From contig JAJRZW010000016.1 of the NCBI GenBank assembly GCA_024275015.1, forward strand, positions 6,899 to 70,898: DNA of 64,000 nt, in the 5' to 3' direction. Position numbers and translations under genes: made by a program. The stretch comes from Deltaproteobacteria bacterium (GTDB taxonomy: Bacteria; Desulfobacterota; Desulfobulbia; Desulfobulbales; JAJRZW01). The notes beneath the pieces were generated by a model, which searched no databases, was not told the origin of the DNA, and worked only from the letters and a program-made list of their open reading frames with translations. Of the stretch, positions 17,825-27,578 are shown piece after piece (position 1 is the stretch's first letter; each line of letters begins with the position of its first letter).

Positions 17825-18595
17825 CTATCGAATAACCTCGGGCCCCTCTTCCTCCTGACCGTTATGGCGGAATAGCCGGTACAAGGCCAGGAAGGGACCG
17901 GAAGCCACATATAACAGACAGAGAAAAAACAGGGTTATCTGCGGTTCGGTGGCCAGAACCATGATCGTCAGGACCATGAACACCAGCACCTGGAAGGCCT
18001 TGGCCTTTGCGGTTTCATGATTCTTGAAACTCAGGTACCTGAAGGAACTTACCATCAGGTAAGAGAGGGCGTAAACAGTGGCCAGCATGGTAATCCCCTT
18101 GGTCTGTTCACTGGCGGCGAAAAAGCCGCAGAACATGATAAAGGTGGCAACCATCACCGCCGCCGCCGGACAGGGGAGGCCGGTAAAACTCTTAGCGACG
18201 CTTGAACTGTCCTGGGTATTAAAACGGGCCAGACGCAGGGCGGTAGTGGCGACATAGAGAAAGGCGGCAAGCCAGCCGTAACGGCCGAAATCCTTGAGAC
18301 TGTAAAGATAGGCGATTATCGCCGGAGCAACGCCAAAGGCAACCAGGTCGCAGAGGGAATCATATTCCATCCCGAAATGACTCGAGGTCCTGGTCATCCT
18401 CGCCACCCGACCGTCGAGACCATCAAAAATCGCGGAAACGATAACCGCCAGGGCCGCGTGAACGAAACGCCCGTTAATAGCGGAAACAATACCGTAAAAA
18501 CCGCTGAAAAGACTGACCGTGGTCAGGAGACTTGGAAGCAGCCATATGGTACCCTTGGGCGGTGGCACCTCTATCTGATTTTCGTCACTGTTCAT
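17825..18595 (-). CDS. pssA: CDP-diacylglycerol--serine O-phosphatidyltransferase
   Basis: Track ORF 17825..18640. The CDP-alcohol phosphatidyltransferase motif is DGLDGRVARMTRTSSHFGMEYDSLCDLVAFG. The start is moved to MNSDENQ (18595). Confidence 0.9.
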   Translation of the reverse strand: MNSDENQIEVPPPKGTIWLLPSLLTTVSLFSGFYGIVSAINGRFVHAALAVIVSAIFDGLDGRVARMTRTSSHFGMEYDSLCDLVAFGVAPAIIAYLYSLKDFGRYGWLAAFLYVATTALRLARFNTQDSSSVAKSFTGLPCPAAAVMVATFIMFCGFFAASEQTKGITMLATVYALSYLMVSSFRYLSFKNHETAKAKAFQVLVFMVLTIMVLATEPQITLFFLCLLYVASGPFLALYRLFRHNGQEEEGPEVIR

Positions 18596-18644
18596 CAATA
18601 TCCAAGGATAAAGAGGTTCAAAGGAATCACCCGGACACATAAAT

Positions 18645-18797
18645 CAGTCCGTTGAAAAAACCATCCGTGGCTTTTTCAACCCTGGTTGAATCAAACAAGC
18701 TTCATCCAACCTCTCGATTTCACCGGATATTTAAACCCGGAAAAATCGGCGGCGCGGACATCAGCCGCGACCAGCCCGTTTTTCAACGGACTGTTAA
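18645..18797 (-). repeat. Family A repeat, full length (reverse orientation)
   Basis: It runs CAGTCCGTTGAAAAAACCATCCGTGGCTTTTTCAAC...GGCGGCGCGGACATCAGCCGCG..CCCGTTTTTCAACGGACTGTTAA. The terminal TTA supplies the psd stop codon. Confidence 0.85.
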
Positions 18798-19444
18798 GCA
18801 AGATACCCCAAAACCGTCTCCCCTGCCCTGACTTTTTGCCCCTTGCTGACTTCAAGCTGAATGTTAAGCGGCAGGTAGAGATCGACCCGGGAGCCGAAGC
18901 GGATAAGCCCAAAACGCTGCCCCCGTTCACATTGGTCCCCCTTTTCGACCCAGCAAACGATCCGCCGGGCGATAACTCCGGCCATCTGGACCATGGCGTA
19001 ACGACGCCTGGACGAGGTCTCGACAATCACCCCGCATGACTCATTCGACAATGCCCCCCGCTCACTGTTGGCAGCGTAAAAATTACCGGGAGAATACTTT
19101 ATCCCCACCACCCGTCCCGGAAATGAAACCCGATTGACATGAACGTTAAAGACGTTCATGAAAATACTCACCTTATAGGCATGCTCCTTGATATAACGCT
19201 CATCAAAGACCTTCTCGATCAGAATAACCTTGCCGTCGGCCGGAGAGACCATGGCGTCATCATCCATCGGCCCTACCCGCGCCGGATCACGAAAAAAGAA
19301 AAGACAGAAAAAGGCCAGGACCAGAAAAAGGCCGGCGGCAAGGGTTAAACCGAGAATCGCCGCCACCATTGTGACAAAAGCCATGGCAAAAATAAAGGGA
19401 TACCCCTCTATGGCAACCGGAACCCGCGGCTGTTTCATCTCCAC
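18794..19444 (-). CDS. psd: Phosphatidylserine decarboxylase proenzyme (short form)
   Basis: It is adjacent to pssA. It has an N-terminal TM segment, a FGSRVD self-cleavage-type G-S motif near the C-terminus and a length of ~215 aa. Confidence 0.85.
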   Translation of the reverse strand: MEMKQPRVPVAIEGYPFIFAMAFVTMVAAILGLTLAAGLFLVLAFFCLFFFRDPARVGPMDDDAMVSPADGKVILIEKVFDERYIKEHAYKVSIFMNVFNVHVNRVSFPGRVVGIKYSPGNFYAANSERGALSNESCGVIVETSSRRRYAMVQMAGVIARRIVCWVEKGDQCERGQRFGLIRFGSRVDLYLPLNIQLEVSKGQKVRAGETVLGYLA

Positions 19445-19586
19445 AAACCTCTCAAAAAAACGGCCGGAGAGAACGGAAAGAGACTTCGCGGGATTTTCCG
19501 CGCCGCCCGTCCCTTCATCGCCGGCCGATAATCTTGCGACAGACAGAAATACGGCGAATCTCCCGCCGGGTCTGCCACAGGTTTTT

Positions 19587-20069
19587 TCAGCTTTTTTTCG
19601 CCCTGGACATGGATATGACCCCGGTACGGACTATTTCCTGAATACCGATGGGACGAAGGATATCAATGACCGCCTTGAGCTTGCTTGCCGGGCCGGTGAC
19701 CTCAACCGCGTATGATTTGGGGCTGACATCAACCACCTTGCCACGAAATATGTCTATGATCCTGAGCACTTCGGCCCTGGTTCCGGCCTCGGCCTTGACC
19801 CTGATGATCGCCATCTCGCGCTCAACGCTTTCGGTCTCGTTCATGTCGGTGACCTTGATGACGTCAATGAGTTTGTGCAGTTGCTTGGTGATCTGCTCAA
19901 CGATCATGTCATCGCCCTTGGTGGTCAGAGTCAGACAGGAGACCTCAGGATCAATGGTCTGGGCCACGGACAGGCTCTCGATATTAAAACCGCGGCCACT
20001 GAAGAGGCCGGTGACCCGGGAAAGAACCCCGGGTTTATTCTGCAAAAGGACTGAAATCACATGTCTCAT
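19587..20069 (-). CDS. ilvN: Acetolactate synthase small (regulatory) subunit
   Basis: MRHVISVLLQNKPGVLSRVTGLFSGRGFNIESLSV is the ACT domain. It lies downstream of ilvB. Confidence 0.92.
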   Translation of the reverse strand: MRHVISVLLQNKPGVLSRVTGLFSGRGFNIESLSVAQTIDPEVSCLTLTTKGDDMIVEQITKQLHKLIDVIKVTDMNETESVEREMAIIRVKAEAGTRAEVLRIIDIFRGKVVDVSPKSYAVEVTGPASKLKAVIDILRPIGIQEIVRTGVISMSRAKKS

Positions 20070-20168
20070 GGCTTAAAACCCTTTTCTAGGTGTTTAGACT
20101 GAAGATTGAAGACTGAAGGGGCGCGCCTTACGGAAAGACCGCGGAAGCCATCCGGCACTTATCCCTGT

Positions 20169-21863
20169 TTAAACCAGCAGCATCTCGGTTGTCGCCTTGC
20201 CGGCCGGAACCATGGGATAGACCCCTTCTTCCCTTGAGACGACAAAATCCATAATAACGACATTATCGGTCTTCAAGGCCTCCCTTATCACCGGTTCGAC
20301 CTCACTCTTGGTCTTGGCCCGAAGGCCGACGCCGCCATAGGCCTGGGCCAGAGCGACAAAATCCGGGGAGACGTCAAGGGGGGTGGCGGAATAATTCTTG
20401 TCAAAGAATAGTTCCTGCCACTGCCGCACCATGCCGAGATAGCCGTTGTTCAAGATGGCGATCTTGACCGGGCAGCCATACTGTCTGGCGGTGGCCAGCT
20501 CCTGGATGTTCATCTGGATGCTGCCGTCGCCGGCAACATCGATAACCGTCCGATCCGGCGCCGCCATCTGGGCCCCGATGGCGGCGGGAAAACCGTAGCC
20601 CATCACCCCGAGACCACCGGAGGTGAGGAAGGACCCGGGGTGGTTGAAGTGATAAAACTGCGCCGCCCACATCTGATTCTGACCGACCTCGGTTGAAATA
20701 ATCGCCTCGCCGCCGGTGAGTTCATGGAGCTTCTCAACCACGAACTGAGGTTTGATCACATCGCCATCTTCTTTATAGGCCAGGGGGTGTTTATTGCGCC
20801 AGGCGGCAATCTTCTCAAGCCAGGCAGCGGTCTTGCCTCCATGGTCCGCTGGATCAATCTTGCGATCGATCCAGGTATTCATCGCCGCGAGCGCGTGGCG
20901 GCAATCGGCGACAATGGGGATATCAACCTTGACATTCTTGCTGATCGACGAGGGGTCAATATCGATATGAATGATCTTGGCATCAGGGGCAAAGGCATCG
21001 ATCCTTCCGGTGACCCGGTCGTCAAAACGAGCGCCGACGGAGATAAGAAGATCACTCTTGGCCACCGCCATATTGGCATAATAAGTGCCATGCATCCCCA
21101 GCATTCCCATGGAGAGGGAATCGGTGCCGGGAAAACCGCCAAGGCCCATGAGGGTCATGGTCACCGGAATATTGAGTTTGCGGGCAAGGGCGGTCAACTC
21201 TTCGTTGGCATCGGAAAGAACGACCCCGCCACCGGCATAAATGACCGGCCGTTTGGCCTTGAGGATCGCCTTGCAGGCCTTCTCCACCTGACCCGGATGG
21301 GGCTCGTAGGTAGGGCGATAGGTCCGCATTTTCACCTGTTTCATCTCCGGAAAGTTAATCATCGCCCCGACCACATCTTTGGGCAGGTCAATCAAAACCG
21401 GCCCCGGACGGCCGGTACGGGCGATATGAAAGGCCTCACGGATGGTCGGAACCAGATCCTCGGGCTTTTTCACCAGATAGTTATGCTTGGTGCAGGGCCG
21501 GGTGATTCCAACAATATCAACTTCCTGAAAGGCATCGTTACCAATGAGCTGGGTCGGCACCTGACCGGTGAAGACCACGATCGGAATAGAGTCACAATAG
21601 GCCGAGGCAATACCGGTAACAGTGTTAGTTGCCCCGGGTCCGGAGGTCACCAGGGCAACGCCGACCTCGCCCTTGACCCGGGCGTAGCCGTCAGCGGCAT
21701 GCACCGCCGCCTGTTCGTGACGGACGAGGACATGCTTTATCACATCGGTCTTGTTGAGTTCGTCGTATATCTCGATTACCGCGCCGCCGGGAAATCCGAA
21801 AATAGTATCAACACCTTGTTCCTGGAGACACTTGATAAACGCCTGCGCGCCTGAAATCTTCAT
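20169..21863 (-). CDS. ilvB: Acetolactate synthase large subunit (ThDP-dependent)
   Basis: The sequence shows [22 protein letters not shown] and the ThDP motif [14 protein letters not shown]...[12 protein letters not shown]. Confidence 0.95.
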   Translation of the reverse strand: MKISGAQAFIKCLQEQGVDTIFGFPGGAVIEIYDELNKTDVIKHVLVRHEQAAVHAADGYARVKGEVGVALVTSGPGATNTVTGIASAYCDSIPIVVFTGQVPTQLIGNDAFQEVDIVGITRPCTKHNYLVKKPEDLVPTIREAFHIARTGRPGPVLIDLPKDVVGAMINFPEMKQVKMRTYRPTYEPHPGQVEKACKAILKAKRPVIYAGGGVVLSDANEELTALARKLNIPVTMTLMGLGGFPGTDSLSMGMLGMHGTYYANMAVAKSDLLISVGARFDDRVTGRIDAFAPDAKIIHIDIDPSSISKNVKVDIPIVADCRHALAAMNTWIDRKIDPADHGGKTAAWLEKIAAWRNKHPLAYKEDGDVIKPQFVVEKLHELTGGEAIISTEVGQNQMWAAQFYHFNHPGSFLTSGGLGVMGYGFPAAIGAQMAAPDRTVIDVAGDGSIQMNIQELATARQYGCPVKIAILNNGYLGMVRQWQELFFDKNYSATPLDVSPDFVALAQAYGGVGLRAKTKSEVEPVIREALKTDNVVIMDFVVSREEGVYPMVPAGKATTEMLLV

Positions 21864-21876
21864 TACGTCTTCCTCG

Positions 21877-22025
21877 ATGGCGTCGCAATAATGCCGATCT
21901 ACCGCGTCGTGGCGTCCTTTTGTTCGCTATATCCCGCCATGGTGGATATAGCCTCGCTCTCAAAAGAACACCACTCCTTGTATATCAGAATTATTGCTTA
22001 TCCATCCCATAAATTGTTACGAGTT
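21877..22025 (+). repeat. Family D repeat
   Basis: It runs ATGGCGTCGCAATAATGCCGATCTACCGCGTCGTGGCGTCCTTTTGTTCGC...CAAAAGAACACCACTCCTTGTATATCAGAATTATTGCTTATCCATCCC..ATTGTTACGAG. It aligns with 29690..29822 and (inverted) with 31836..31980. Confidence 0.65.
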
Positions 22026-22049
22026 TATATTACTTGGCTTGCTCTTGAT

Positions 22050-22232
22050 TGATGAAATCTTAACAAGTCCCAGTTTCGGCTGAAAACGACGATTTCCGGA
22101 CACCGGGCGGCGGGCTGCTAAAATCCCGAACCCGGGCTATGCCCTCAAACATGCGGGATTTTTAATCCACCCCGCCGCCCATCGCCTTTTCCGGACATCG
22201 CCGAAGACGCCTCCGCGGGGAATTACGAGTAC
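22050..22232 (-). repeat. Family E repeat
   Basis: Its reverse complement aligns along ~175 bp with 46727..46900 (CCGCGGAGGCGTCTTCG.CGAT.TCC.GAAAAG..GGGCGGCGG.GTGG.TTAA.AAATC.CGCAT.TTTGAGG...GTTCGGGATTT.AGC.GCCCGCCGCCCG). Confidence 0.65.
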
Positions 22233-22402
22233 ATCTTGGTTTTGCTGCCTTTAAATTACCTTTTTAGCAGAACTGCGTTACAAAAATGAAAACTGTTCAT
22301 TCCGCCATGGCGGGACTGTGTTTTTAAATTTTTTCCATCCCGTGTTCCCAACAGAAAAGTCAGTATATTAGTCCGGTGTTTAATGTCAAGAATGTTTATC
22401 GG

Positions 22403-23257
22403 CTACAAAAGAGGAAAAATCCCGAAAGAATTCGAAGGCAAAAACCCGGCCGCCTCCCCGCGGCCAAGGAACTCCCTGACCGCCGCCTCTCCTTCCTCCC
22501 CGAGACCAAGGCTGAAACGGTTGACATACAGGTCAATATGGGAGCGGATCACCCCTGGATCAATCTCCTGAGCGTTCCCGGCGATATAATCCCGGCTTGC
22601 CTCCGGCGTGGTAAAGGCGTACTCAAGACTGGCGCGGACGGCGTCTTCGACCTTAAGCGCGGTCGCCGGCCCGAGGTCACGGCGCACCGCGATCCCGCCG
22701 AGGGGGATGGGAAGCCCGGTCTCACTCTCCCACCATTTTCCCAGGTCACACACCAGCTCAAGCCCCGAAGCCTGATAGGTAAAACGACTCTCGTGGATAA
22801 TCACCCCGGCGTCAAGTTCCCCGGCAGCCACCTGGGGAATTATCCGCTCGAAACGGGTCTCTACCAAACGCACCGCCCCGGGGGTGAAAAGCCGCAGGAG
22901 CATGGCCGCGGTGGTATAACGCCCGGGGATACCGATGCGCCAGTTCGCCGGCGCGTCACTCCGCCGCCCCGGACCGGCAACCAATAAAGGACCGCAACCG
23001 CGGCCAAGGGCGCTACCGGAACGGAGAAGAAAATATTTCGCCGCCAGGTGTCCGAAGGCATGAAACGACAACTTGGTAACATCCATGCGCCCCCGCATCG
23101 CCCAGCGGTTAAGGGTCTCTACGTCATCAAGAACCGGGTCGGAAAAAGATATATCACCGCAATCAATCCGATCATTGACCAGGGCGTGAAAGATAAAGGT
23201 GTCGTTGGGACAGGGAGAATAAGCCAGGGAAAGAGGGCCTGATGAAACAGGATTCAC
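22403..23257 (-). CDS. mqnD: 1,4-dihydroxy-6-naphthoate synthase (futalosine pathway)
   Basis: The sequence shows LAYSPCPNDTFIFHALVN..DVETLNRWA..DVTKLSFHA..LLRSGSALGRGCGPLLV, the MqnD signature as I recall it. It is adjacent to mqnB. Confidence 0.8.
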   Translation of the reverse strand: MNPVSSGPLSLAYSPCPNDTFIFHALVNDRIDCGDISFSDPVLDDVETLNRWAMRGRMDVTKLSFHAFGHLAAKYFLLRSGSALGRGCGPLLVAGPGRRSDAPANWRIGIPGRYTTAAMLLRLFTPGAVRLVETRFERIIPQVAAGELDAGVIIHESRFTYQASGLELVCDLGKWWESETGLPIPLGGIAVRRDLGPATALKVEDAVRASLEYAFTTPEASRDYIAGNAQEIDPGVIRSHIDLYVNRFSLGLGEEGEAAVREFLGRGEAAGFLPSNSFGIFPLL

Positions 23258-23269
23258 GATTACATGACC

Positions 23270-23932
23270 CTAAGAAAGTTTACAGGACAACAGCCCTTTA
23301 ATTACCGGGCCCATGACCTCGGCCAGACGGGAGGCGGCCGCGGCAAGTTTCCAGTTCCCGCGATCCCGCCGCCCGACAGGATTACTAACGCAGCGGACCT
23401 CAAGCCAGGGGAGGTCAAATTCCGCCGCCACCCTCGCTACCGCGGCCCCCTCCATATTTTCACAGACCGGCCGGTATTGCCGCCACAGGGCATCCATCCT
23501 TGCCTCGGTGGCAGTGACCGCGTTCACGCTTAAAAACGGGCCGCAATGACACCCAATCCCATGATCCTGGAAAAGTTTCCGCATCCCGGCGACGCCTGCC
23601 TGATCAGCAACAAAATCAAAAGGAGGATTTATCCCGGAATCGGAAAAAGGAATTACCCGCTCACCATCGGGGATACCGAAATCAGCAATGATCTCCGAAC
23701 CGGCAATACAGATATCAAGAACCTCCACCCCGGCCCGGGAAAAACCGCCGCCGACCCCGAGACAGAACAGGAGGTCAGGCCTGCTCCCGGCGACAAGCCT
23801 GCGCCCCAGGACCACGCCGGTTTCAAGAAGGCCGACCCCGGTTACCACGACTTCTATTCCCTCAAGGCCGTCAAGATGCCGGCGCAGGGGTCCGGTCTCA
23901 AGGGCGGTGGCGCAGGCAATGACAACCTTCAT
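23270..23932 (-). CDS. mqnB: Futalosine hydrolase (PNP/UDP-1 nucleosidase fold)
   Basis: The sequence shows MKVVIACATALETGPL.., GVGGG, ENMEGAAVARVAAEF..PWLEVRCVSNPVGRRDRGNW. Confidence 0.72.
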   Translation of the reverse strand: MKVVIACATALETGPLRRHLDGLEGIEVVVTGVGLLETGVVLGRRLVAGSRPDLLFCLGVGGGFSRAGVEVLDICIAGSEIIADFGIPDGERVIPFSDSGINPPFDFVADQAGVAGMRKLFQDHGIGCHCGPFLSVNAVTATEARMDALWRQYRPVCENMEGAAVARVAAEFDLPWLEVRCVSNPVGRRDRGNWKLAAAASRLAEVMGPVIKGLLSCKLS

Positions 23933-23935
23933 ATT

Positions 23936-24292
23936 TCACGACATTTCTTTGATTCTATTGTCATTATCCAACAATACCACCCTTGGTTTAAAGGTCCCGA
24001 GTTCGGTCTCCTCAACCAGACAGAAAGAGGCGATGATAATCAGGTCGCCAACCAGCCCCTTGCGGGCCGCGGCACCGTTTAAACCGATGACCCCGCTACC
24101 GGCCTCGCCTTCGATAACATAGGTATCGAAACGCTCACCGTTATTGATATTGTAAATCTTGATCTTCTCAAACGGAAGAAGGTCAACGGCATCCATTATG
24201 TCCCGGGCCACGGTCAGACTGCCCTCGTAGTCGAGATCGGCGGCGGTTATGGTTGCCCGGTGGATCTTGCTTTTCAACATATAACGCATCAT
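23936..24292 (-). CDS. panD: Aspartate 1-decarboxylase (pyruvoyl-dependent)
   Basis: MLKSKIHRATITAADLDYEGSLTV contains the G-S self-cleavage site. The upstream part of the track ORF overlaps panC, so the start is moved to about 24292 (MMRYMLKS). Confidence 0.9.
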   Translation of the reverse strand: MMRYMLKSKIHRATITAADLDYEGSLTVARDIMDAVDLLPFEKIKIYNINNGERFDTYVIEGEAGSGVIGLNGAAARKGLVGDLIIIASFCLVEETELGTFKPRVVLLDNDNRIKEMS

Positions 24293-24293
24293 C

Positions 24294-25148
24294 TTATAAA
24301 TCCTCATCAGAAAGGATGGTGTTATCAATCAGCCGGGTTGAACCGACCCTGACCGCCAGAACCATGACCGTGTTATTGTCGGCCGTACCCATATCGACCA
24401 GACGGTCACGGCTGACCAGGCTGACGTAATCAATCGCGGCCAGGGGACGAGCGCGTATGAGGGTCGCCACCTCATCCCGTAAACGGACACAATCCCTCTC
24501 CCCCTCATTATATAATGTCTTTGCCCGGCGCAGGCCTTGAACCAGACACAGGGCCTGACGGCGCTCTTCCGGGTCGAGATATAAATTGCGCGAACTCAAA
24601 GCCAGGCCGTCGGCCTCCCGGACAATGGGGTGGGAGACGATCTTCACCGGAAAATCAAGGTCAACGACCATATTCCTGATGATCGCCAGTTGCTGAAAAT
24701 CCTTGCGGCCGAAAACCGCCACCTGTGGCTGCACCAGGTTGAAAAGTTTGGCGACTACGGTACAGACGCCGTCAAAATGCCCAGGCCGGGTGCGGCCGCA
24801 GAGATTCGCGGCCAGCGGTCCCGCGACCACAAGGGTTCCGGGGCCTTCAGGATACATCGCGGTCGCGGCGGGGACAAAGAGAATATCCACCCCGGCCGCG
24901 GCGGCGGTTTCACGGTCACGATCAAGGTCGCGGGGATAAAGATCAAGATCCTCCCCGGGGCCGAACTGGATCGGATTGACAAAAAGGCTTACCACCACCC
25001 GGTCGGCAAGCCGCCGCGCCATCCGCATCAGGGCTGTATGCCCCTGATGAAAAAAACCCATGGTCGGAACCAGGGCCACCGAATCCCCACAAGCCGCGAC
25101 CTGGATACGCCACTCCCGCAAGGAAGAGATATTGGAAATTATATCCAT
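24294..25148 (-). CDS. panC: Pantoate--beta-alanine ligase
   Basis: The sequence shows LVPTMGFFHQGHTALM (HxGH) and VSLFVNPIQFGP. Confidence 0.95.
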   Translation of the reverse strand: MDIISNISSLREWRIQVAACGDSVALVPTMGFFHQGHTALMRMARRLADRVVVSLFVNPIQFGPGEDLDLYPRDLDRDRETAAAAGVDILFVPAATAMYPEGPGTLVVAGPLAANLCGRTRPGHFDGVCTVVAKLFNLVQPQVAVFGRKDFQQLAIIRNMVVDLDFPVKIVSHPIVREADGLALSSRNLYLDPEERRQALCLVQGLRRAKTLYNEGERDCVRLRDEVATLIRARPLAAIDYVSLVSRDRLVDMGTADNNTVMVLAVRVGSTRLIDNTILSDEDL

Positions 25149-25154
25149 GCGACG

Positions 25155-25272
25155 GCCTGAAAAAAAATTTCAATTATCGATTAAACAACGCAGGTTTGGC
25201 CAACCTCTCTATTTCACCGGACTTTTTTCCGGCAAAATCGGCGCGCCATCCCGTTTTTCAACGGACTGCTAA
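25155..25272 (-). repeat. Family A repeat, partial (reverse orientation; module 5 degenerate)
   Basis: The sequence is ..GGTTTGGCCAACCTCTCTATTTCACCGGACTTTTTTCCGGCAAAATCGGCGCGCCATCCCGTTTTTCAACGGACTGCTAA. The terminal CTA supplies the TAG stop of the neighbouring gene. Confidence 0.7.
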
Positions 25273-26024
25273 TCAATCGATAACCCGGCAGACGCCCCCT
25301 TCCCGGCCACGGCGGTTTTCTCTTTCTCTACCTTTACCGCCGTCACCTTGGCAAGACCGGCAATCTTGACGGTGAGAAAATCATGCTCGCTGCCGCGGGC
25401 GGGTACTGCCGCAAGGGCGGCACGATATGCCGCAAGGGCCGCGCCCTTATCACCTTTGGTCTCAAGGAGACGACCGGCGGCAAGGTTTCCCAGATAGGCA
25501 AAACCCTTTGCCGCAGCCAGGCCCCGGTATGTATTCAGAGCCTCCGCGGTCTTACCGCTGTTTTCAAGGGCGAGAGCAAGCCTGTAGGTCACCGGCAGCC
25601 GGGCCGGATTATCGGAACCAAGCTGGTCGAGAATATTGCGGTACGATTTGACCGCGGTCTCAAAATCCCCCCGGGCAAAAATATCATGAGCGAGATAAAG
25701 TGCGGCCCAGGTACCGCTTGCGGTGCCGCTGTATTCCGCAGCGACCGTCTTCATCTCCTCCTTACGGGCAGCGTCGTCGTCAATGGCCCGGGCTTTGGTA
25801 AGGGCGTTGGAAGAATTGACCATCCTCAGGTGATGATAGTAATCCCAACTCGTCCAGGAAATGAGAACAATAACGAATATCACCAGACCAATCTCAATAT
25901 AGCGAATGTTGTCCCGGATAAAGGACACCAGCTTGGGATGAAAATTAAGCTCGTGTTCAAGAAACTCGATCAGTCTCTTACGATAATCACCCTTGCGAAT
26001 CTGAAAGGTTCCGTCACCAGTCAT
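25269..26024 (-). CDS. Membrane-anchored TPR-like protein (YfgM-like architecture)
   Basis: It has one N-terminal TM (IEIGLVIFVIVLISW) followed by Ala/Leu-rich TPR-like helices. The family assignment is tentative. Confidence 0.5.
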   Translation of the reverse strand: MTGDGTFQIRKGDYRKRLIEFLEHELNFHPKLVSFIRDNIRYIEIGLVIFVIVLISWTSWDYYHHLRMVNSSNALTKARAIDDDAARKEEMKTVAAEYSGTASGTWAALYLAHDIFARGDFETAVKSYRNILDQLGSDNPARLPVTYRLALALENSGKTAEALNTYRGLAAAKGFAYLGNLAAGRLLETKGDKGAALAAYRAALAAVPARGSEHDFLTVKIAGLAKVTAVKVEKEKTAVAGKGASAGLSID

Positions 26025-26231
26025 GGGCTCTCCGGTTTTTTTGTTTTCTGTAGTTCAGGGTGTTTGGAAAAAAGGTCTTTTCTCAAGACACCCTTTATTT
26101 ATTCCCGCAGCCGGAATAGATTAGCCGGATCCGGGAAAACCGCCTCAGCATCTTGAAGGACGATCACATTAACGCATTTGCCCGGGTGACGCAATCTCAA
26201 CCACTACCTGAAAAAACAAGGTAACAGGACG

Positions 26232-27578
26232 ATGAAACAGGAAATCCAGCCCCGCGGTCCCCTGAGCGTTTCCGGTCTGACCGCCTCTCTGCGGGCGATC
26301 ATTGAATCAAACTTCCCCTTTGTCACCGTCACCGGCGAGGTCTCAAACCTGGCCCGGCCGGGAAGCGGTCATATATATTTTTCCTTAAAAGACGACCGGG
26401 CCCGGATCCGGGCGGTGATGTTCCGGACCCAGCAGCGCTACCTTGACCGAATGCCGAAAAACGGCGACGAGATCATCTGCCGGGGCCGGGTATCGCTTTA
26501 TGAGCTCCGGGGAGAATACCAGATAATCGTTGACACCCTTGAACACGCCGGCAGCGGCGCCCTGCGCCGGGCCTTCGAGACCATGAAGGCCCGGCTTGAG
26601 GCCGAGGGACTGTTCGCGGCGGAGAAAAAAAAGGCCATTCCCGCCCTGCCGGAAAAAATCACCCTGATCACCTCACCGTCCGGGGCCGCGGTCCATGACT
26701 TCATCAAGACCGCCGGACGCCGGTTTGCCAATATCGCAATCGAGATCATGCCGGTCACGGTGCAGGGGGCCGCGGCCGCGGACGAAATCAGCGCCGCGAT
26801 CAAAATGATCGACGAACGTGGAGACACCGGAGTGATTGTCCTCTGCCGCGGCGGCGGCTCCATTGAAGACCTGATGCCGTTTAATGATGAAGAGGTGGCC
26901 CGGACCATTTTCGCCTCCCGGACCCCACTGGTCTCGGCCATCGGCCATGAGACCGACTTCACCATATCCGACCTGGTCGCCGACCTCAGGGCCCCCACCC
27001 CCACCGCGGCGGCGGAACTGGTTGTGCCGGAAAAAAAGATCCTGACGGCGGCGATAAGCCGCGGGCGGTTCAGGATCGCGGAATTGATCCAGTCACGGCT
27101 TGCGAACGAAGGCCTGCGACTACAGATGCTGGAGAGATTCCTGAGTGATCCCATTATCGCCATGTCGGAATATCGGGAGATGATCTCACAACGGCTGTGG
27201 CAGTTAAAAAGCGCGGCCGGAGAAAAACTTGCCACGGCCACATCCCGGGTAGACCGGGCCCGCGACCGCCTCACCGCCTACGGCCCCGAACGTCTGATTG
27301 CCGCCACCCGCCTGCGCTGTGACGATCTTGAGGATATGCTGCAAAGGGGAATGTCCCTCCATCTGCGACACTATCGTGACCGCGCCGGCTTCAGCGCCGC
27401 GGCCCTTGACAACCTGAGTCCGCTCGCGGTCATGGGACGCGGCTACGCCGTTGCCACCCGCGACCGGGACGGGAAACTGATTGAGGACGCGGCAACGGTC
27501 GGAAAAGACGAAAAGATCAGGCTGCGACTGAAAAAAGGCGGGATTGCCTGCCGGGTGACCGAGGTGTTTGAGGATTAA
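26232..27578 (+). CDS. xseA: Exodeoxyribonuclease VII large subunit
   Basis: The N-terminal OB fold reads VSGLTASLRAIIESNFPFVTVTGEVSNL..SGHIYFSLKD, followed by the catalytic core GGGSIEDLMPFNDE. Confidence 0.95.
   Translation: MKQEIQPRGPLSVSGLTASLRAIIESNFPFVTVTGEVSNLARPGSGHIYFSLKDDRARIRAVMFRTQQRYLDRMPKNGDEIICRGRVSLYELRGEYQIIVDTLEHAGSGALRRAFETMKARLEAEGLFAAEKKKAIPALPEKITLITSPSGAAVHDFIKTAGRRFANIAIEIMPVTVQGAAAADEISAAIKMIDERGDTGVIVLCRGGGSIEDLMPFNDEEVARTIFASRTPLVSAIGHETDFTISDLVADLRAPTPTAAAELVVPEKKILTAAISRGRFRIAELIQSRLANEGLRLQMLERFLSDPIIAMSEYREMISQRLWQLKSAAGEKLATATSRVDRARDRLTAYGPERLIAATRLRCDDLEDMLQRGMSLHLRHYRDRAGFSAAALDNLSPLAVMGRGYAVATRDRDGKLIEDAATVGKDEKIRLRLKKGGIACRVTEVFED

Noticed and set aside
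20070-20168. Unusually long (99 bp) ilvB-ilvN spacer with the short direct repeat AGACTGAAG x2.
   Set aside because: It is too short and too simple to interpret, and no structure or ORF is apparent.
26057-26105. Hairpin AGGGTGT..(loop)..ACACCCT followed by a T-rich run on the + strand in the divergent spacer upstream of xseA.
   Set aside because: It looks like a + strand terminator, but no + strand gene lies upstream of it. The function is unclear and the evidence is insufficient.
27575-27578. xseA and the GGDEF gene share the overlapping convergent stop codons TTAA.
   Set aside because: The overlap is real but trivial. Convergent 4-nt stop overlap is common and needs no special explanation.
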